Positions 9,301 to 19,897 of a DNA stretch of 55,010 nt are shown here, one piece after another. The notes under the pieces are model-generated. The model made no database searches. It saw nothing but the letters and a program-made list of their open reading frames with translations, and was not told the DNA's origin. Positions within the stretch are counted from its first letter, which is position 1. Each line of letters starts with the position of its first letter. The DNA lies in NCBI GenBank assembly GCA_037137535.1, contig JBAXKC010000018.1, positions 1-55,010 on the forward strand, read 5' to 3'. The stretch is from a bacterium (lineage in GTDB: Bacteria; Cyanobacteriota; Vampirovibrionia; Gastranaerophilales; JBAXKC01). Made by a program: the position numbers and the translations under genes.

Positions 9301-11109
9301 ATGTTGAGTTCTAAAGTCAAAAATAATAAAATAAGCGCAATAGTAGCAATCACGGCTTTATGTGTTCTTTTTGTTTCAAAATCATATGCAGATGTTACTA
9401 CTGCTCCACAATTGATATCACCTGTTGATACAAAAAATCTTGAGCCTAAGTCTTTACCTCCTATAACAACACCAGGTTCATCAGCTCAGTCATCAACTCA
9501 ACTTCCGGTTAATTCTACTGTTATCGATATAATTAGTGATAAGTTGCAATATCATCAAGAGCAAAACGTATATGTTGCTACAGGTAATGCTGAAGTAGAT
9601 ATAAAAGAAAAGAATGCCAGGCTGACCGCATCTAAGATTACTTTTGACCCTCAAAATAATGTTGTTATTGCTGAAGATAATGTGAAAATTTATAAAGAAG
9701 GCAAGGTTATAAATGGCTCTTTCGTCAGAATAAAATTAGACGAAGAGAATATGTTTATAGAAAATCCGACAACAACCGTAAATGAGGTTGTAATAAGCTC
9801 AAGGAATGCCGATGTTTTCGATAAAAGGATTGTTTCTCAAAAGGGTAGCATTAAGCTGACTGATCAGGATATTCGTCTTTCAATGTCAGATTCGGCAGGT
9901 ATTAAGGCGCAACAAGTTCCAAGTCTTGGCACTAATGCATTTAAAACAGGTAAAGCTCCTAGTTTTAAGCTTTACAGTAAACGTATAAATGTTAAAACCT
10001 CTAAAGATCAAACAATAACAATAATTAAGGATACTAAAGTTAAAGTTGGTAAAGTCACTTTATTTAATTTGCCATATTTTGAAGTTGACAATAATAAAAA
10101 AGATGAACAAGTTGAAACTTCTTTGCCTGAATTTGGAACAACACCTTCACTTGGTAGCTATCTTGCAGCAGGTCCTATTTTCCATCTCCCCGGTGGTGGG
10201 ACTTTTAAATTAGCTCCTGCAATTGCTTTTGGAAATAAGCTTGGAGTGGGCATAAAAGGTAGAGTTATAGCACATGGCAATAAAACTGAATTTGGCTATA
10301 CGACTACAAAGAAAAAATTTATGATTCAAGGTAAGCAACAACTTACCAAAAATACAGATTTTAATTATGGTTCTTATTCATATATTGACAATGGTTTCTA
10401 TGGGGCAAGACGACCAAAAGGTATTGCTGAAATCGTACATTCAAAAGATGTATTTACAAATGATAAATTTATAATCGGATTAAGAACAAGTGCAGGCTAT
10501 GTCAGCGATTTGAGATATTCCTCAACTCCTGCTAATACTCCGCAATCAATTTATTCGCAAAATTTATCCAAGAAATCTTATTCAACTGCTAAGCTCCAGC
10601 TTCAATCAACAATAGAGGGGAACCAACCGTTATTAAAACTCGGTGGTGAATATTTCCAGTTAAGACCTATCGGTCAATTTGCTGTTTCTGCCTATGGAAG
10701 TGGTGATACGTTCCAGGTTGCAAGGCTTGGTCCTCAAGTTTCAAGTAAACTCGGGCCGTTAAGATTAAATGGTTATTATTTTATGACGGGATATAGAGGA
10801 CAGACTCCTTTTAACTTTGACAGATATTATGAGGGGCATAATAATATTAGAATTGACGGAACTTTAAAAGTTTGCAGATATCTTGATATAGGTGTCTATA
10901 AATCATACAACCTTGATAGTAACTATAAAGGAAATAAAACAGTAGAAGATAGATATACTTTAAAATTTGGTCCTGATGACATGAAGTTTATGATCGGCTA
11001 TGACAGTAGAAGAAAAACTTCTGTATTCGGTCTTGAAATGCTTCTTGGTTCGGATAAGACTAATATTAATTATGATAAATTGAATTTAGTGCAAACTGAT
11101 AAAAAATAA
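9301..11109 (+). CDS. LptD/OstA-like LPS assembly outer-membrane protein
   Basis: signal peptide; OstA-like beta-jellyroll (DKLQY..VYVATGNA..LTASKITFD..AEDNV); FNLPYF; beta-strand-rich C-terminus; same operon as kdsA; ATG 9301 chosen for AAGG RBS (track starts 9244). Confidence 0.7.
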   Translation: MLSSKVKNNKISAIVAITALCVLFVSKSYADVTTAPQLISPVDTKNLEPKSLPPITTPGSSAQSSTQLPVNSTVIDIISDKLQYHQEQNVYVATGNAEVDIKEKNARLTASKITFDPQNNVVIAEDNVKIYKEGKVINGSFVRIKLDEENMFIENPTTTVNEVVISSRNADVFDKRIVSQKGSIKLTDQDIRLSMSDSAGIKAQQVPSLGTNAFKTGKAPSFKLYSKRINVKTSKDQTITIIKDTKVKVGKVTLFNLPYFEVDNNKKDEQVETSLPEFGTTPSLGSYLAAGPIFHLPGGGTFKLAPAIAFGNKLGVGIKGRVIAHGNKTEFGYTTTKKKFMIQGKQQLTKNTDFNYGSYSYIDNGFYGARRPKGIAEIVHSKDVFTNDKFIIGLRTSAGYVSDLRYSSTPANTPQSIYSQNLSKKSYSTAKLQLQSTIEGNQPLLKLGGEYFQLRPIGQFAVSAYGSGDTFQVARLGPQVSSKLGPLRLNGYYFMTGYRGQTPFNFDRYYEGHNNIRIDGTLKVCRYLDIGVYKSYNLDSNYKGNKTVEDRYTLKFGPDDMKFMIGYDSRRKTSVFGLEMLLGSDKTNINYDKLNLVQTDKK

Positions 11110-11144
11110 ATTATGACACTAGACATATTGAGGAAAATATACTT

Positions 11145-12026
11145 ATGAGCTTGAGAGATTGGTTCGACAATAGAAAAAAGAAACAATTAAATACAGCTTT
11201 GGTAGAATCTAAACTAACAAGTGAAGATTTATCAAAATTATGGGAAAAATGTTTCAACTGTAGTGAAAATCTTCCTAAAAAAGATTTAGACAATAATATG
11301 CAAGTTTGTCCAAAGTGTGATTATCACTTCAGAATTGGTGCTCAAGCAAGAATTGCTCAATTGTTTGATGAAAATACCTTTGAAGAAATGTTCAGAGAGG
11401 TTAAACCTTGTGATCCGTTAAATTTCACCGATACAATGCCTTACAAAGATAGGCAGGAAACAGCCAGAATTAAATCAGGTTTGAATGATGCTGTTGTTAC
11501 AGGTGTTGGTAAAATTGGCGGACAAGATACTGCAATTGCTATTATGGATTTCTCTTATATGGGTGGAAGCATGGGTAGCGTTGTCGGTGAGAAGATTACC
11601 AGAATGATTGAAGAGGGAATTAAAAGAAGAATTCCTGTCATTGCGATAACTTCATCAGGCGGGGCAAGAATGCAGGAAAGTGCTTTAAGTCTTATGCAAA
11701 TGGCAAAAACCAGTTGTGCTGTAGCAAGAGCTAATGAAGAAGGTATCTTATTTATTACAATTCTTACTGAACCTACTTTTGGGGGAGTAACAGCCAGTTT
11801 TGGTACTCTTGGCGATATTATAATTGCTGAAACAAGTGCTAGAATTGGATTTGCAGGAAGAAGAGTTATTGAACAAACCATTAGACAAAAACTTCCGGCT
11901 GACTTCCAGACAGCAGAATATCTTTTGAAATATGGTCAAGTTGATATGGTTTGTCAGAGAAAAGACATGAAAGAAACTATTGAAAAGATATTTAAAACAC
12001 ATTCGCATACTTTTGCACAAGTATAA
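11145..12026 (+). CDS. accD: acetyl-CoA carboxylase carboxyltransferase beta subunit
   Basis: CxxC..CxxC zinc finger, YMGGSMGSVVGEKI, SGGARMQE, PTFGGVTASF, GFAGRRVIEQT. Confidence 0.97.
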   Translation: MSLRDWFDNRKKKQLNTALVESKLTSEDLSKLWEKCFNCSENLPKKDLDNNMQVCPKCDYHFRIGAQARIAQLFDENTFEEMFREVKPCDPLNFTDTMPYKDRQETARIKSGLNDAVVTGVGKIGGQDTAIAIMDFSYMGGSMGSVVGEKITRMIEEGIKRRIPVIAITSSGGARMQESALSLMQMAKTSCAVARANEEGILFITILTEPTFGGVTASFGTLGDIIIAETSARIGFAGRRVIEQTIRQKLPADFQTAEYLLKYGQVDMVCQRKDMKETIEKIFKTHSHTFAQV

Positions 12027-12057
12027 TTGCGGTTGAGAGTAAGAACGGAATTTAATT

Positions 12058-13023
12058 ATGACTAGAAATATAGCACCATTGGAATTTGAAAAATCTATAT
12101 ATCAAATTGAAGATAAAATTGAAGAATTAAAAAAATTAAGTGCTGATACAGGAATAGACTTACAAAACCAAATAACTATTCTTACATCACAAGCAATTGA
12201 GTATAAAGAACAACTTTATTCTAATCTGACACCTTCTCAGAAAATTCAAATTGCAAGGCATTCTAAAAGACCTAATTTTTTAAATTATGTTGAAATGATT
12301 GCTGATGATTGGGTTGAAATGAGAGGAGACAGAGCAGGTACTGATGATCGAGCAATTATTGGTGGGGTCGCTTTAATTGATAATAAACCTGTAATGTTAA
12401 TCGGTACACAAAAGGGACAGACTACTAAAGAAAATCTTGAATACAATTTTGGTATGCCTCAACCTGAAGGTTACAGAAAAGCATTAAGACTTTTCTACCA
12501 TGCAGAAAGATTCAATATGCCTATTGTTACTCTTATTGATACCCCTGGAGCTTATCCCGGCATAAAAGCAGAACAAACAGGTCAAGGAATAGCAATTGCA
12601 TATAACCTTAAAGAGATGGCAAAGCTTAAAACTCCTATAACTGCTATCATCACGGGAGAAGGTTGTTCGGGTGGTGCTTTAGGACTTGGTGTTGCTAATC
12701 GTGTTTATCTTCTTGAACATGCTTACTATACCGTAATTTCACCTGAGGGTTGTGCTTCAATTCTTTGGAGAAGCGCAGATTATGCTTCTAAAGCAGCTGA
12801 CGCATTGAAAATCACATCAAAAGATTTGCTTAAAATGAAACTTATTGACGGCATAATTAAGGAACCTCTTGGCGGCGCTCATTATGATCCTGAATTAGCG
12901 GCTAAAAATGTTAAAGAAACAATTTTAGAAAGCATAGCAAGCATGAAAAATATGTCTTCAGATGAATTAAAAGCTGATAGATATAATAAATTTAGGGGTA
13001 TGGGAGTTTATACGGAAGTTTAA
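12058..13023 (+). CDS. accA: acetyl-CoA carboxylase carboxyltransferase alpha subunit
   Basis: LEFEK, NFGMPQPEGYRKA, IDTPGAYPG, GEGCSGGAL, ISPEGCASILW. Confidence 0.97.
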   Translation: MTRNIAPLEFEKSIYQIEDKIEELKKLSADTGIDLQNQITILTSQAIEYKEQLYSNLTPSQKIQIARHSKRPNFLNYVEMIADDWVEMRGDRAGTDDRAIIGGVALIDNKPVMLIGTQKGQTTKENLEYNFGMPQPEGYRKALRLFYHAERFNMPIVTLIDTPGAYPGIKAEQTGQGIAIAYNLKEMAKLKTPITAIITGEGCSGGALGLGVANRVYLLEHAYYTVISPEGCASILWRSADYASKAADALKITSKDLLKMKLIDGIIKEPLGGAHYDPELAAKNVKETILESIASMKNMSSDELKADRYNKFRGMGVYTEV

Positions 13024-13024
13024 A

Positions 13025-13939
13025 ATGGGTAATCATATAGAAATTGCAGTAGATACAAATCCTTTATGGGTTGAATATGTAGCGGATGTCTTACTTGAAA
13101 GACTTTCATGCTCTGGCGTAGTCACAGGTGAAGAAGAATATAAGCATGATGAGCTTATTAAATCATCATCACAAGTAAAAGGTTATTTTTGGGTTGATGA
13201 AAAAAATCCTTTTGATCTTGAAAAAATTCAATTAATTATTAACGAAGCAAAAGTTGAACTCGTTGATAACGGTATAAATGCAGATAATTTAGGTAGCTGG
13301 GCTTTAAGTTTCAGAGATGTTGATGAAGAAGAATGGGCTCACAGCTGGAAAAAATACTGGCATCCACAAAGAATAACAGATAAAATCACTATTTCTCCAA
13401 GTTGGGAAGAATATAAACCTTCTGATGAAGAGATTTTAATAAGTTTAGACCCTGGAATCGCTTTTGGAACAGGAACACACGCTACTACAAAATTATGCAT
13501 TAAAGCTATTGAAGATTATGTGAAAGTTGATGATACTGTTGCTGATATAGGAATGGGCTCGGGTATCCTTGCTATAATAGCCGCAAAACTTGGAGCTTCT
13601 AATGTTATAGGTGTTGATAATGATCCTTCCGTTATAACAGTAGCAGCTGAAAATGCTGAAATTAATAATGTATCAGATATCTGCACTTTTAAAGAAGGTG
13701 TGTCTACTGATATAGAAGGACAATATGATGTTGTTGTTGCGAATATATTAGCAGAAGTTCTTATTGAGATTATGCATACATTTGTTCCTCTTGTTATAAA
13801 TAATGGGAAATTAATCTTGAGCGGAATAATTCAAAGAAAAGCTGACGATGTTAAACAATCTGCCATTGATAACGGATTTAGTTTTATCGAAATGACTGTT
13901 GAAGGCGATTGGGTTGCTATTATTTGCGAAAAAAAATAA
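13025..13939 (+). CDS. prmA: ribosomal protein L11 methyltransferase
   Basis: W..WKKYWHP, LDPGIAFGTGTHATT, DIGMGSGILAI, VANILA, LILSGI. Confidence 0.95.
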   Translation: MGNHIEIAVDTNPLWVEYVADVLLERLSCSGVVTGEEEYKHDELIKSSSQVKGYFWVDEKNPFDLEKIQLIINEAKVELVDNGINADNLGSWALSFRDVDEEEWAHSWKKYWHPQRITDKITISPSWEEYKPSDEEILISLDPGIAFGTGTHATTKLCIKAIEDYVKVDDTVADIGMGSGILAIIAAKLGASNVIGVDNDPSVITVAAENAEINNVSDICTFKEGVSTDIEGQYDVVVANILAEVLIEIMHTFVPLVINNGKLILSGIIQRKADDVKQSAIDNGFSFIEMTVEGDWVAIICEKK

Positions 13940-13981
13940 AATAAAAAGTAATATGCTTTTTAAAATGTCAGGATAATTTAA

Positions 13982-15778
13982 ATGTTTTTTATAATCGCAA
14001 GAAATCTTTTTATAGGCTTTATTTCCTTTGTAATATTGCCTTTTATTGCTCTTGTTTATATTTCTGAAAATATCATTCAGCAAAAATATGAAGAGTATTC
14101 GTATACAAAAATTGATGAAACCCGAAAATTAATTGGTATATCGGACTTTTATTCTTTAGATAAAATTACAAAATACATGAATTCAAATAAATTTGAAAGT
14201 AAGCATGATAATATTTTAATTTTTTTAAATAATAAAAAAGTATATGGAAGAGAAGATATTAATGTAGATTATAAAAAGCTTTATGATTATGGTTTTGTTA
14301 ATTTTCCTGTTCATTTTAACGGTTTAAATTTTTATTCAGGCTCATATCCCATATATGATGATAAAAAAGTAGTTGGACGAGTTGTTATAATCTCTAATAA
14401 TAAGGAATTAGTCGAATTAATTTTTCAATATCACCTTATGTTAGCTCTTTCAATGATTGCTATATGTTTAATTGTTCTTGTGGCAGGATATGCTACATCA
14501 AAAAAACTAATATCTTCATTTGATGAAATCTCCATGGTTACAGGATTTGTAAGAGAAGGCGATTTAAGCAAAAGAGTTAAAACCTATTCAAAAGATGAGT
14601 TGTCCAGACTTGGCGAAAATATTAATAAAATGATTGAGTCTTTGCAAGATAGAGAAAATAAGATTCATGATTATCAACGTGCGTTACATGGTCAAAAAGA
14701 ATATTTAGAATCAATCTTTAACTCATTAAATGACGGTTTTATTACTATTGGCTCTGACTCTAGAATTATAAAGGTTAATCCTACAATTGAAATTTGGACG
14801 GGGCTTAAAGAAGAAGAAGTTCTTGGAAAAAAATTAGATCAAATTCTTAAATGTGATTGTAAGGTTGATTGTAAAGAAGAAGTAGATTTGGCTCTTTGTT
14901 GTCCTCTTATAACTCAAAATGAAAGATTAATACCTACTGAAGCTAAAATAATAAATCAAAAAACTGCTTTAGAACGCTATTTAGGGATTGTGTCTTCTCC
15001 TGTCGCTTCTACCAATCATATTGAAGAACCTACTTATGTTATATTGCTCAGAGATATTACTGAATATAAAGAGCTTGATAAAATGAGAGAAAACTTTACT
15101 GCTACTTTAACTCATGATTTAAGAGTTCCTATTTTAGCTGAGTCAAATACTATAAAACTTTTTCTTAAAGGTATGTTTGGCTCGCTTAATGAAAAACAGC
15201 AAATAGCCTTGCAGAATATGCTGGAAAGTAATAATGATCTTGTTACTCTTGTAAATAAGTTATTAGATATCTATAAAATTGAGTCGGGAAGATTTGATCT
15301 TTTAAAAGAACCTGTGGATATGAATATTTTAATTGTTGATTTAATCTCCGAATTAAGCAGTATTGCTATAAAAAATCACCAGAAATTAGATACTGCCATA
15401 AAAACTCAGCTTCCTTTAATTTATGCTGACAGAAATGAAATAAAAAGGGTCTTACAGAATTTAGTTGGCAATGCTCTTGCTTATACTCATAAAGAAGGCA
15501 AAATATTAATTGATGCATATATTCAAGATTCCGATATAATTGTTAGTGTTAAAGATGATGGACGAGGTATCTCCTCGGAAGAGCAAGAGCAATTATTCAG
15601 CAGATATTTTTCAGGCGCAAAAAAATTTAGAAAAGTTGGTACAGGACTTGGTTTATATTTATCAAAGCAAATAGTTGAAAAACATGGCGGAAAAATATGG
15701 TTTGAAAGTACATCAGGAGTTGGAAGTTCATTTTTCTTCAGCTTGCCTGTCGGACATATAGAAAATAAAGGAAATTAA
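13982..15778 (+). CDS. membrane sensor histidine kinase (TM-periplasmic-TM-HAMP-PAS-HisKA-HATPase)
   Basis: HAMP (GDLSKRV..DELSRLGENIN), PAS ending RDITE, H-box LTHDLRVP, N-box NLVGNA, DDGRGI, GTGLGL. Confidence 0.93.
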   Translation: MFFIIARNLFIGFISFVILPFIALVYISENIIQQKYEEYSYTKIDETRKLIGISDFYSLDKITKYMNSNKFESKHDNILIFLNNKKVYGREDINVDYKKLYDYGFVNFPVHFNGLNFYSGSYPIYDDKKVVGRVVIISNNKELVELIFQYHLMLALSMIAICLIVLVAGYATSKKLISSFDEISMVTGFVREGDLSKRVKTYSKDELSRLGENINKMIESLQDRENKIHDYQRALHGQKEYLESIFNSLNDGFITIGSDSRIIKVNPTIEIWTGLKEEEVLGKKLDQILKCDCKVDCKEEVDLALCCPLITQNERLIPTEAKIINQKTALERYLGIVSSPVASTNHIEEPTYVILLRDITEYKELDKMRENFTATLTHDLRVPILAESNTIKLFLKGMFGSLNEKQQIALQNMLESNNDLVTLVNKLLDIYKIESGRFDLLKEPVDMNILIVDLISELSSIAIKNHQKLDTAIKTQLPLIYADRNEIKRVLQNLVGNALAYTHKEGKILIDAYIQDSDIIVSVKDDGRGISSEEQEQLFSRYFSGAKKFRKVGTGLGLYLSKQIVEKHGGKIWFESTSGVGSSFFFSLPVGHIENKGN

Positions 15779-15780
15779 CT

Positions 15781-16605
15781 ATGGTAAATAAAGTAAAATT
15801 AAATGATTTTGAATTTGGCGGTGATCGCTTAGTTATATTAGCAGGACCTTGTGTAATTGAAGAGGATGAAACTGTTCTTTTTAAAACTGCTGAAAAAATA
15901 AAAGAAGCAACCTCAAAATTAAATATTCCATATATTTTTAAAGCTTCTTTTGATAAGGCAAACAGAACTTCTATAAGTTCATATAGAGGTGTTGGAATAG
16001 ATAGAGGGCTAAAATGCCTTGAAAAAATAAAAAGAGAATTTGAATTACCGATAGTAACTGATATTCATGAAACACATGAAGCGGCTATTGTTGCAGAAGT
16101 AGCGGATGTTTTACAAATTCCTGCTTTTTTATGCAGACAGACTGATTTATTAGTTGCAGCAGCTAAAACCGGCAAAATTGTAAATATTAAAAAAGGTCAA
16201 TTCATGGCTCCTTTACAGATTGAGCAATCAGCTAAAAAGGTTATTGATAGCGGAAATAATAATGTTGTAATTACTGAAAGAGGTGTTAGCTTTGGATATA
16301 ATAACCTTGTATCCGATATGAGATCAATGCCTATTATTAAATCTCTTGGTTATCCTGTTGTTTTTGATGCTACACACAGCGTTCAGTTACCGGGTGGAGC
16401 AGGAACAACTTCTTCAGGGCAAAGAGAGTTTGTTGAAACCTTAGCGAGATCAGCTGTTGCAGCAGGGGCAAACGGTTTATTTATGGAAGTACATCCAAAT
16501 CCTGATAAAGCTCCTTGTGATGGTCCAAACATGCTTTTCTTAGATAATATTTATGACGTTTTAAGTGTTTGTAAGGATATTTTTGAAATAGTTAAAAATA
16601 AATAA
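15781..16605 (+). CDS. kdsA: KDO-8-phosphate synthase
   Basis: AGPCVIE, KASFDKANRTS, QIPAFLCRQTD, NIKKGQF, FDATHSVQ, EVHPNP..CDG. Confidence 0.96.
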   Translation: MVNKVKLNDFEFGGDRLVILAGPCVIEEDETVLFKTAEKIKEATSKLNIPYIFKASFDKANRTSISSYRGVGIDRGLKCLEKIKREFELPIVTDIHETHEAAIVAEVADVLQIPAFLCRQTDLLVAAAKTGKIVNIKKGQFMAPLQIEQSAKKVIDSGNNNVVITERGVSFGYNNLVSDMRSMPIIKSLGYPVVFDATHSVQLPGGAGTTSSGQREFVETLARSAVAAGANGLFMEVHPNPDKAPCDGPNMLFLDNIYDVLSVCKDIFEIVKNK

Positions 16606-16639
16606 TTAACGCTATTTAACGATTATAAAATCAAAAAAT

Positions 16640-16690
16640 AATAGAAGCTTTTTGTGTAGATCTTTCTGCAACATGAGCTTCTATTTTCTT
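16640..16690 (+). terminator. long imperfect hairpin after kdsA, probable terminator
   Basis: AATAGAAGCT (16640-16649) pairs with AGCTTCTATT (16676-16685), followed by a T-rich tail. Confidence 0.55.
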
Positions 16691-16833
16691 AAAAATTAGC
16701 AGAGCTAAGTATATAATCAAAAAGTCTTTTTGATTCGCATAAATACCTCAAGAGTATTCATGTTTAAGATATACTTTAAAATATAAATATAATTATCATA
16801 AAAGGTGTGGGTACTTTAAGAAAGGCTAATTTA

Positions 16834-18756
16834 ATGCTTAAAAAACTTGTATGGCTGATAATTTCTATAATTGCAGCTTTTTCTATTGCTGTAATATTAC
16901 AGGCAGTGCATTCAGGAGAAAAAATCAATGCACTATGGCTTGTGGTTGCAACAGCTTGTATTTATTCTATAACTTATCGCTTTTATGCTTCATTTATAGC
17001 GGCAAAAGTTCTAACATTAAGTGATAGTAATATAACTCCGGCAAATAATTTAAAGGACGGTATTGATTATGAGCCTACGAATAAGTGGGTATTATTTGGG
17101 CATCATTTTGCGGCAATTGCAGGAGGAGGACCTCTTATCGGACCAATGCTTGCGGCTCAATTTGGTTATCTTCCAGGGTTTTTATGGATATTAATTGGTG
17201 CTTCACTTTGTGGCTCTGTCCATGACATGGTTATTTTAGCGGCATCAGTCAGAAAAGATGGAAAATCACTAGCTCAGATTGCAAAAGAAGAAATAGGCCT
17301 AGTCGGTGGAGTTGCTTCATCGTTAGCAATTATATTTATTATTATTATCGCTCTGGCAGGGCTTGCTTTTGCAGTTGTTAATGCCCTTGTTAAAAATGCG
17401 TGGGGAACTTATACGATTGCTATGACTATACCTATAGCCTTGATGATGGGATTTTACCTTCAAAAGCTTCGTCCCGGTAAAGTTGTTGAGATGAGTATAA
17501 TAGGTGTTATTCTTTTGTTTTTAGCGGTTATTACGGGGCATTATATCCCTAACTCACCAGTAGCACATATTTTTACATTATCAAAAACAACATTAACAAC
17601 AATAATAGTTATATATGGATTTTTTGCATCAGTGTTACCTGTCTGGATGTTATTATGTCCTAGAGATTATCTTTCTACTTACATGAAAATTGGAACAATG
17701 ATTTTACTTACTCTTAGCGTATTATTTATTGCTCCAAGTATTCAAATGCCGGCGATTACTGCTTTTGTAAATGGTGGTGGTCCAATAATACCAGGAAAAA
17801 TATTCCCATTTATGTTTATAACAATTGCTTGCGGTGCAATTTCGGGATTTCATTCGTTGATTGCATCTGGTACAACACCTAAAATGATTATTTCAGAAAA
17901 AGATATCACTTCTATTGGATTTGGAGCTATGCTTGTTGAGGGAATGATTTCAATGATGGCTCTTATTGCTGCGACAATACTAATACCAGGTGATTATTTT
18001 GCAATCAATACTCATTTATCGGCAACACAGCTTGCTTCAATGGGCTTTCCAGTTAGTAAAGTTTATGAGTTATCTAAAATTGTTGGCGTTGATGTAGTTG
18101 GTCGCCCTGGTGGAGCTGTATCTCTTGCCGTAGGGATGGCTTCAATTTTATCTAATCTTCCCGGATTAAAAGCGTTAATGCCATACTGGTATAACTTTGC
18201 TTTAATGTTTGAAGCCTTATTCATTTTAACAACAGTTGATGCAGGTACCAGAGTTGCAAGGTTTTTATTGCAAGATATAAGTGGTTATATTTATAAACCT
18301 TTTTCTCGTCAAAATTGGCTGCCTGGCATTTTGATAAGCAGTTTAGCAGTTGTATTGGCTTGGGGCTATTTAGTTTATACCGGCAATATCTCCAGCATTT
18401 GGCCTATGTTTGGTGTTTCTAATCAGCTTTTAGCTGCAATAGCTTTAGGTATTGGAACAATAATAATTGTTAAATTAAATAAAAAGCAATATGCTTGGAT
18501 AACAGCATTACCAATGACATTTATGTTTATAACTACATTCACCGCTGCTTATCAGTTAGTATTTGTATTTCTGGCAAAAGCCTCAAAGGCTCTAACCGTA
18601 TCAGAATCGTTAAATTTTAAAATAGATGCTGTTCTGGTTGTATTCCTTGCTGTATTGGCTTTTATATCACTTATAGAAATTATAAGAAATCTGTTTAAAT
18701 TAATAAAATTTCCGATTACTATGGAAGAACCCGAATTACTTGAAGAAAATATTTAG
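16834..18756 (+). CDS. cstA: carbon starvation protein A family transporter (CstA/BtsT)
   Basis: VLFGHHFAAIAG, GYLPG, PVWMLLCPRDYLS, TIACGAISGFH, FEALFILTTVDAGTR, IWPMFGVSNQLLA; ATG 16834 has an AAAGG RBS. Confidence 0.95.
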   Translation: MLKKLVWLIISIIAAFSIAVILQAVHSGEKINALWLVVATACIYSITYRFYASFIAAKVLTLSDSNITPANNLKDGIDYEPTNKWVLFGHHFAAIAGGGPLIGPMLAAQFGYLPGFLWILIGASLCGSVHDMVILAASVRKDGKSLAQIAKEEIGLVGGVASSLAIIFIIIIALAGLAFAVVNALVKNAWGTYTIAMTIPIALMMGFYLQKLRPGKVVEMSIIGVILLFLAVITGHYIPNSPVAHIFTLSKTTLTTIIVIYGFFASVLPVWMLLCPRDYLSTYMKIGTMILLTLSVLFIAPSIQMPAITAFVNGGGPIIPGKIFPFMFITIACGAISGFHSLIASGTTPKMIISEKDITSIGFGAMLVEGMISMMALIAATILIPGDYFAINTHLSATQLASMGFPVSKVYELSKIVGVDVVGRPGGAVSLAVGMASILSNLPGLKALMPYWYNFALMFEALFILTTVDAGTRVARFLLQDISGYIYKPFSRQNWLPGILISSLAVVLAWGYLVYTGNISSIWPMFGVSNQLLAAIALGIGTIIIVKLNKKQYAWITALPMTFMFITTFTAAYQLVFVFLAKASKALTVSESLNFKIDAVLVVFLAVLAFISLIEIIRNLFKLIKFPITMEEPELLEENI

Positions 18757-18764
18757 ACATTATC

Positions 18765-18803
18765 AAAAATAATCCCCCACTTATTAGCGGGGGATTGTTT
18801 TTT
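18765..18803 (+). terminator. intrinsic terminator after cstA
   Basis: AAAAATAATCCCCC / GGGGGATTGTTTTT inverted repeat with T tail. Confidence 0.8.
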
Positions 18804-18873
18804 AGCACACTTTTAAGGATAGATTATTTTTATATATAATATAATCTTATAAATTACTTTTAAAGGTAGTAAA

Positions 18874-19716
18874 ATGAATTTAATATGGGCTTTAATGGGC
18901 TATCTGGTTACAATTATTATTCAAGCATTAGGGGTTTCAGCGGTACTGTCTTCTTCAATTGCAGGTGTTATTGCTTCTTGCCTTGCTATAGCTTTAAAAG
19001 ATAATAAAAACTATTCTGCGAGCGCTTTTTGTGGTTCTTTTGCCGGAATGACCTCTTTAAGCTTGATTTTCGGGAAAGAAAACAATATTTTTTCTAAAAA
19101 ATGTATGTTATTGACGTTATTGTTAGGCTTTATCCTTAGTTTCGTATATTTTTTTATATCAAAATTAAATTCTAAAAATAAATTCAGTAAATATCTTTTT
19201 AATGGTTATGGCGGTAGACTTGGAGCTATTGCTTTTATTTCAGTATTAATATTCATTATTTTAAAATCTTTTTTATTAAATGAGTTTTCTTTTCTTCCAA
19301 TTCAAAAAAATATTACTGAAACAAATTGCTTTTTGCTGATATTTATAACCTGCATTGGAGCTTTTGCAACCTCAAGACTTAGTAATCTCTCAGTTTTTAT
19401 CAAAAATAGCAATTATAAAATATTAATTCCTGCTCTATTGAGTTTTCTTGCCTATATTATCTTTTGTAATTTTTCAGCAAATTCAGCGATCTTTTCTCAG
19501 GCTTTTTACGCAGGAACTTTTGTCGGTATGAGTTCTATCGATTTATTGCCTAAAAAAGGGACTATTTTTGCAGGGACATTAACAGGAATAATCTTGACTT
19601 TTGCTGAAAATATCTTTAAAGGTGTTGGTGGAAAACTCGGATTTACAGCGTTTATCGCTGTTTTAATTACAATTGTGATGAAAGAATTATATGCTAAGTT
19701 TAGTTTGTTGAAATAG
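18874..19716 (+). CDS. uncharacterised multi-pass membrane protein with internal duplication
   Basis: hydrophobic; repeated motifs FCGSFAGMTS..GYGGRLG and YAGTFVGMSS..GVGGKLG. Confidence 0.75.
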   Translation: MNLIWALMGYLVTIIIQALGVSAVLSSSIAGVIASCLAIALKDNKNYSASAFCGSFAGMTSLSLIFGKENNIFSKKCMLLTLLLGFILSFVYFFISKLNSKNKFSKYLFNGYGGRLGAIAFISVLIFIILKSFLLNEFSFLPIQKNITETNCFLLIFITCIGAFATSRLSNLSVFIKNSNYKILIPALLSFLAYIIFCNFSANSAIFSQAFYAGTFVGMSSIDLLPKKGTIFAGTLTGIILTFAENIFKGVGGKLGFTAFIAVLITIVMKELYAKFSLLK

Positions 19717-19897
19717 GCTTTTGACGGGTATTTTGTAAAATGTTTTGTAGAAAATTGAGTTAAGATCAGATATTAATCGAGCGGTTTGCTTCTTTTCTCA
19801 AAAATTATTTTGTGTAATACGACTCATAGAGTAAGAAAATAAGCCAGTAGAGGTCAGAGCTGTAATGTTTTTGTTTTTGCTTCATTTTTATTTTTTG

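Noticed and set aside
19805-19885. 26-codon minus-strand ORF MKQKQKHYSSDLYWLIFLLYESYYTK
   Set aside because: No RBS and located just downstream of a terminator on that strand.
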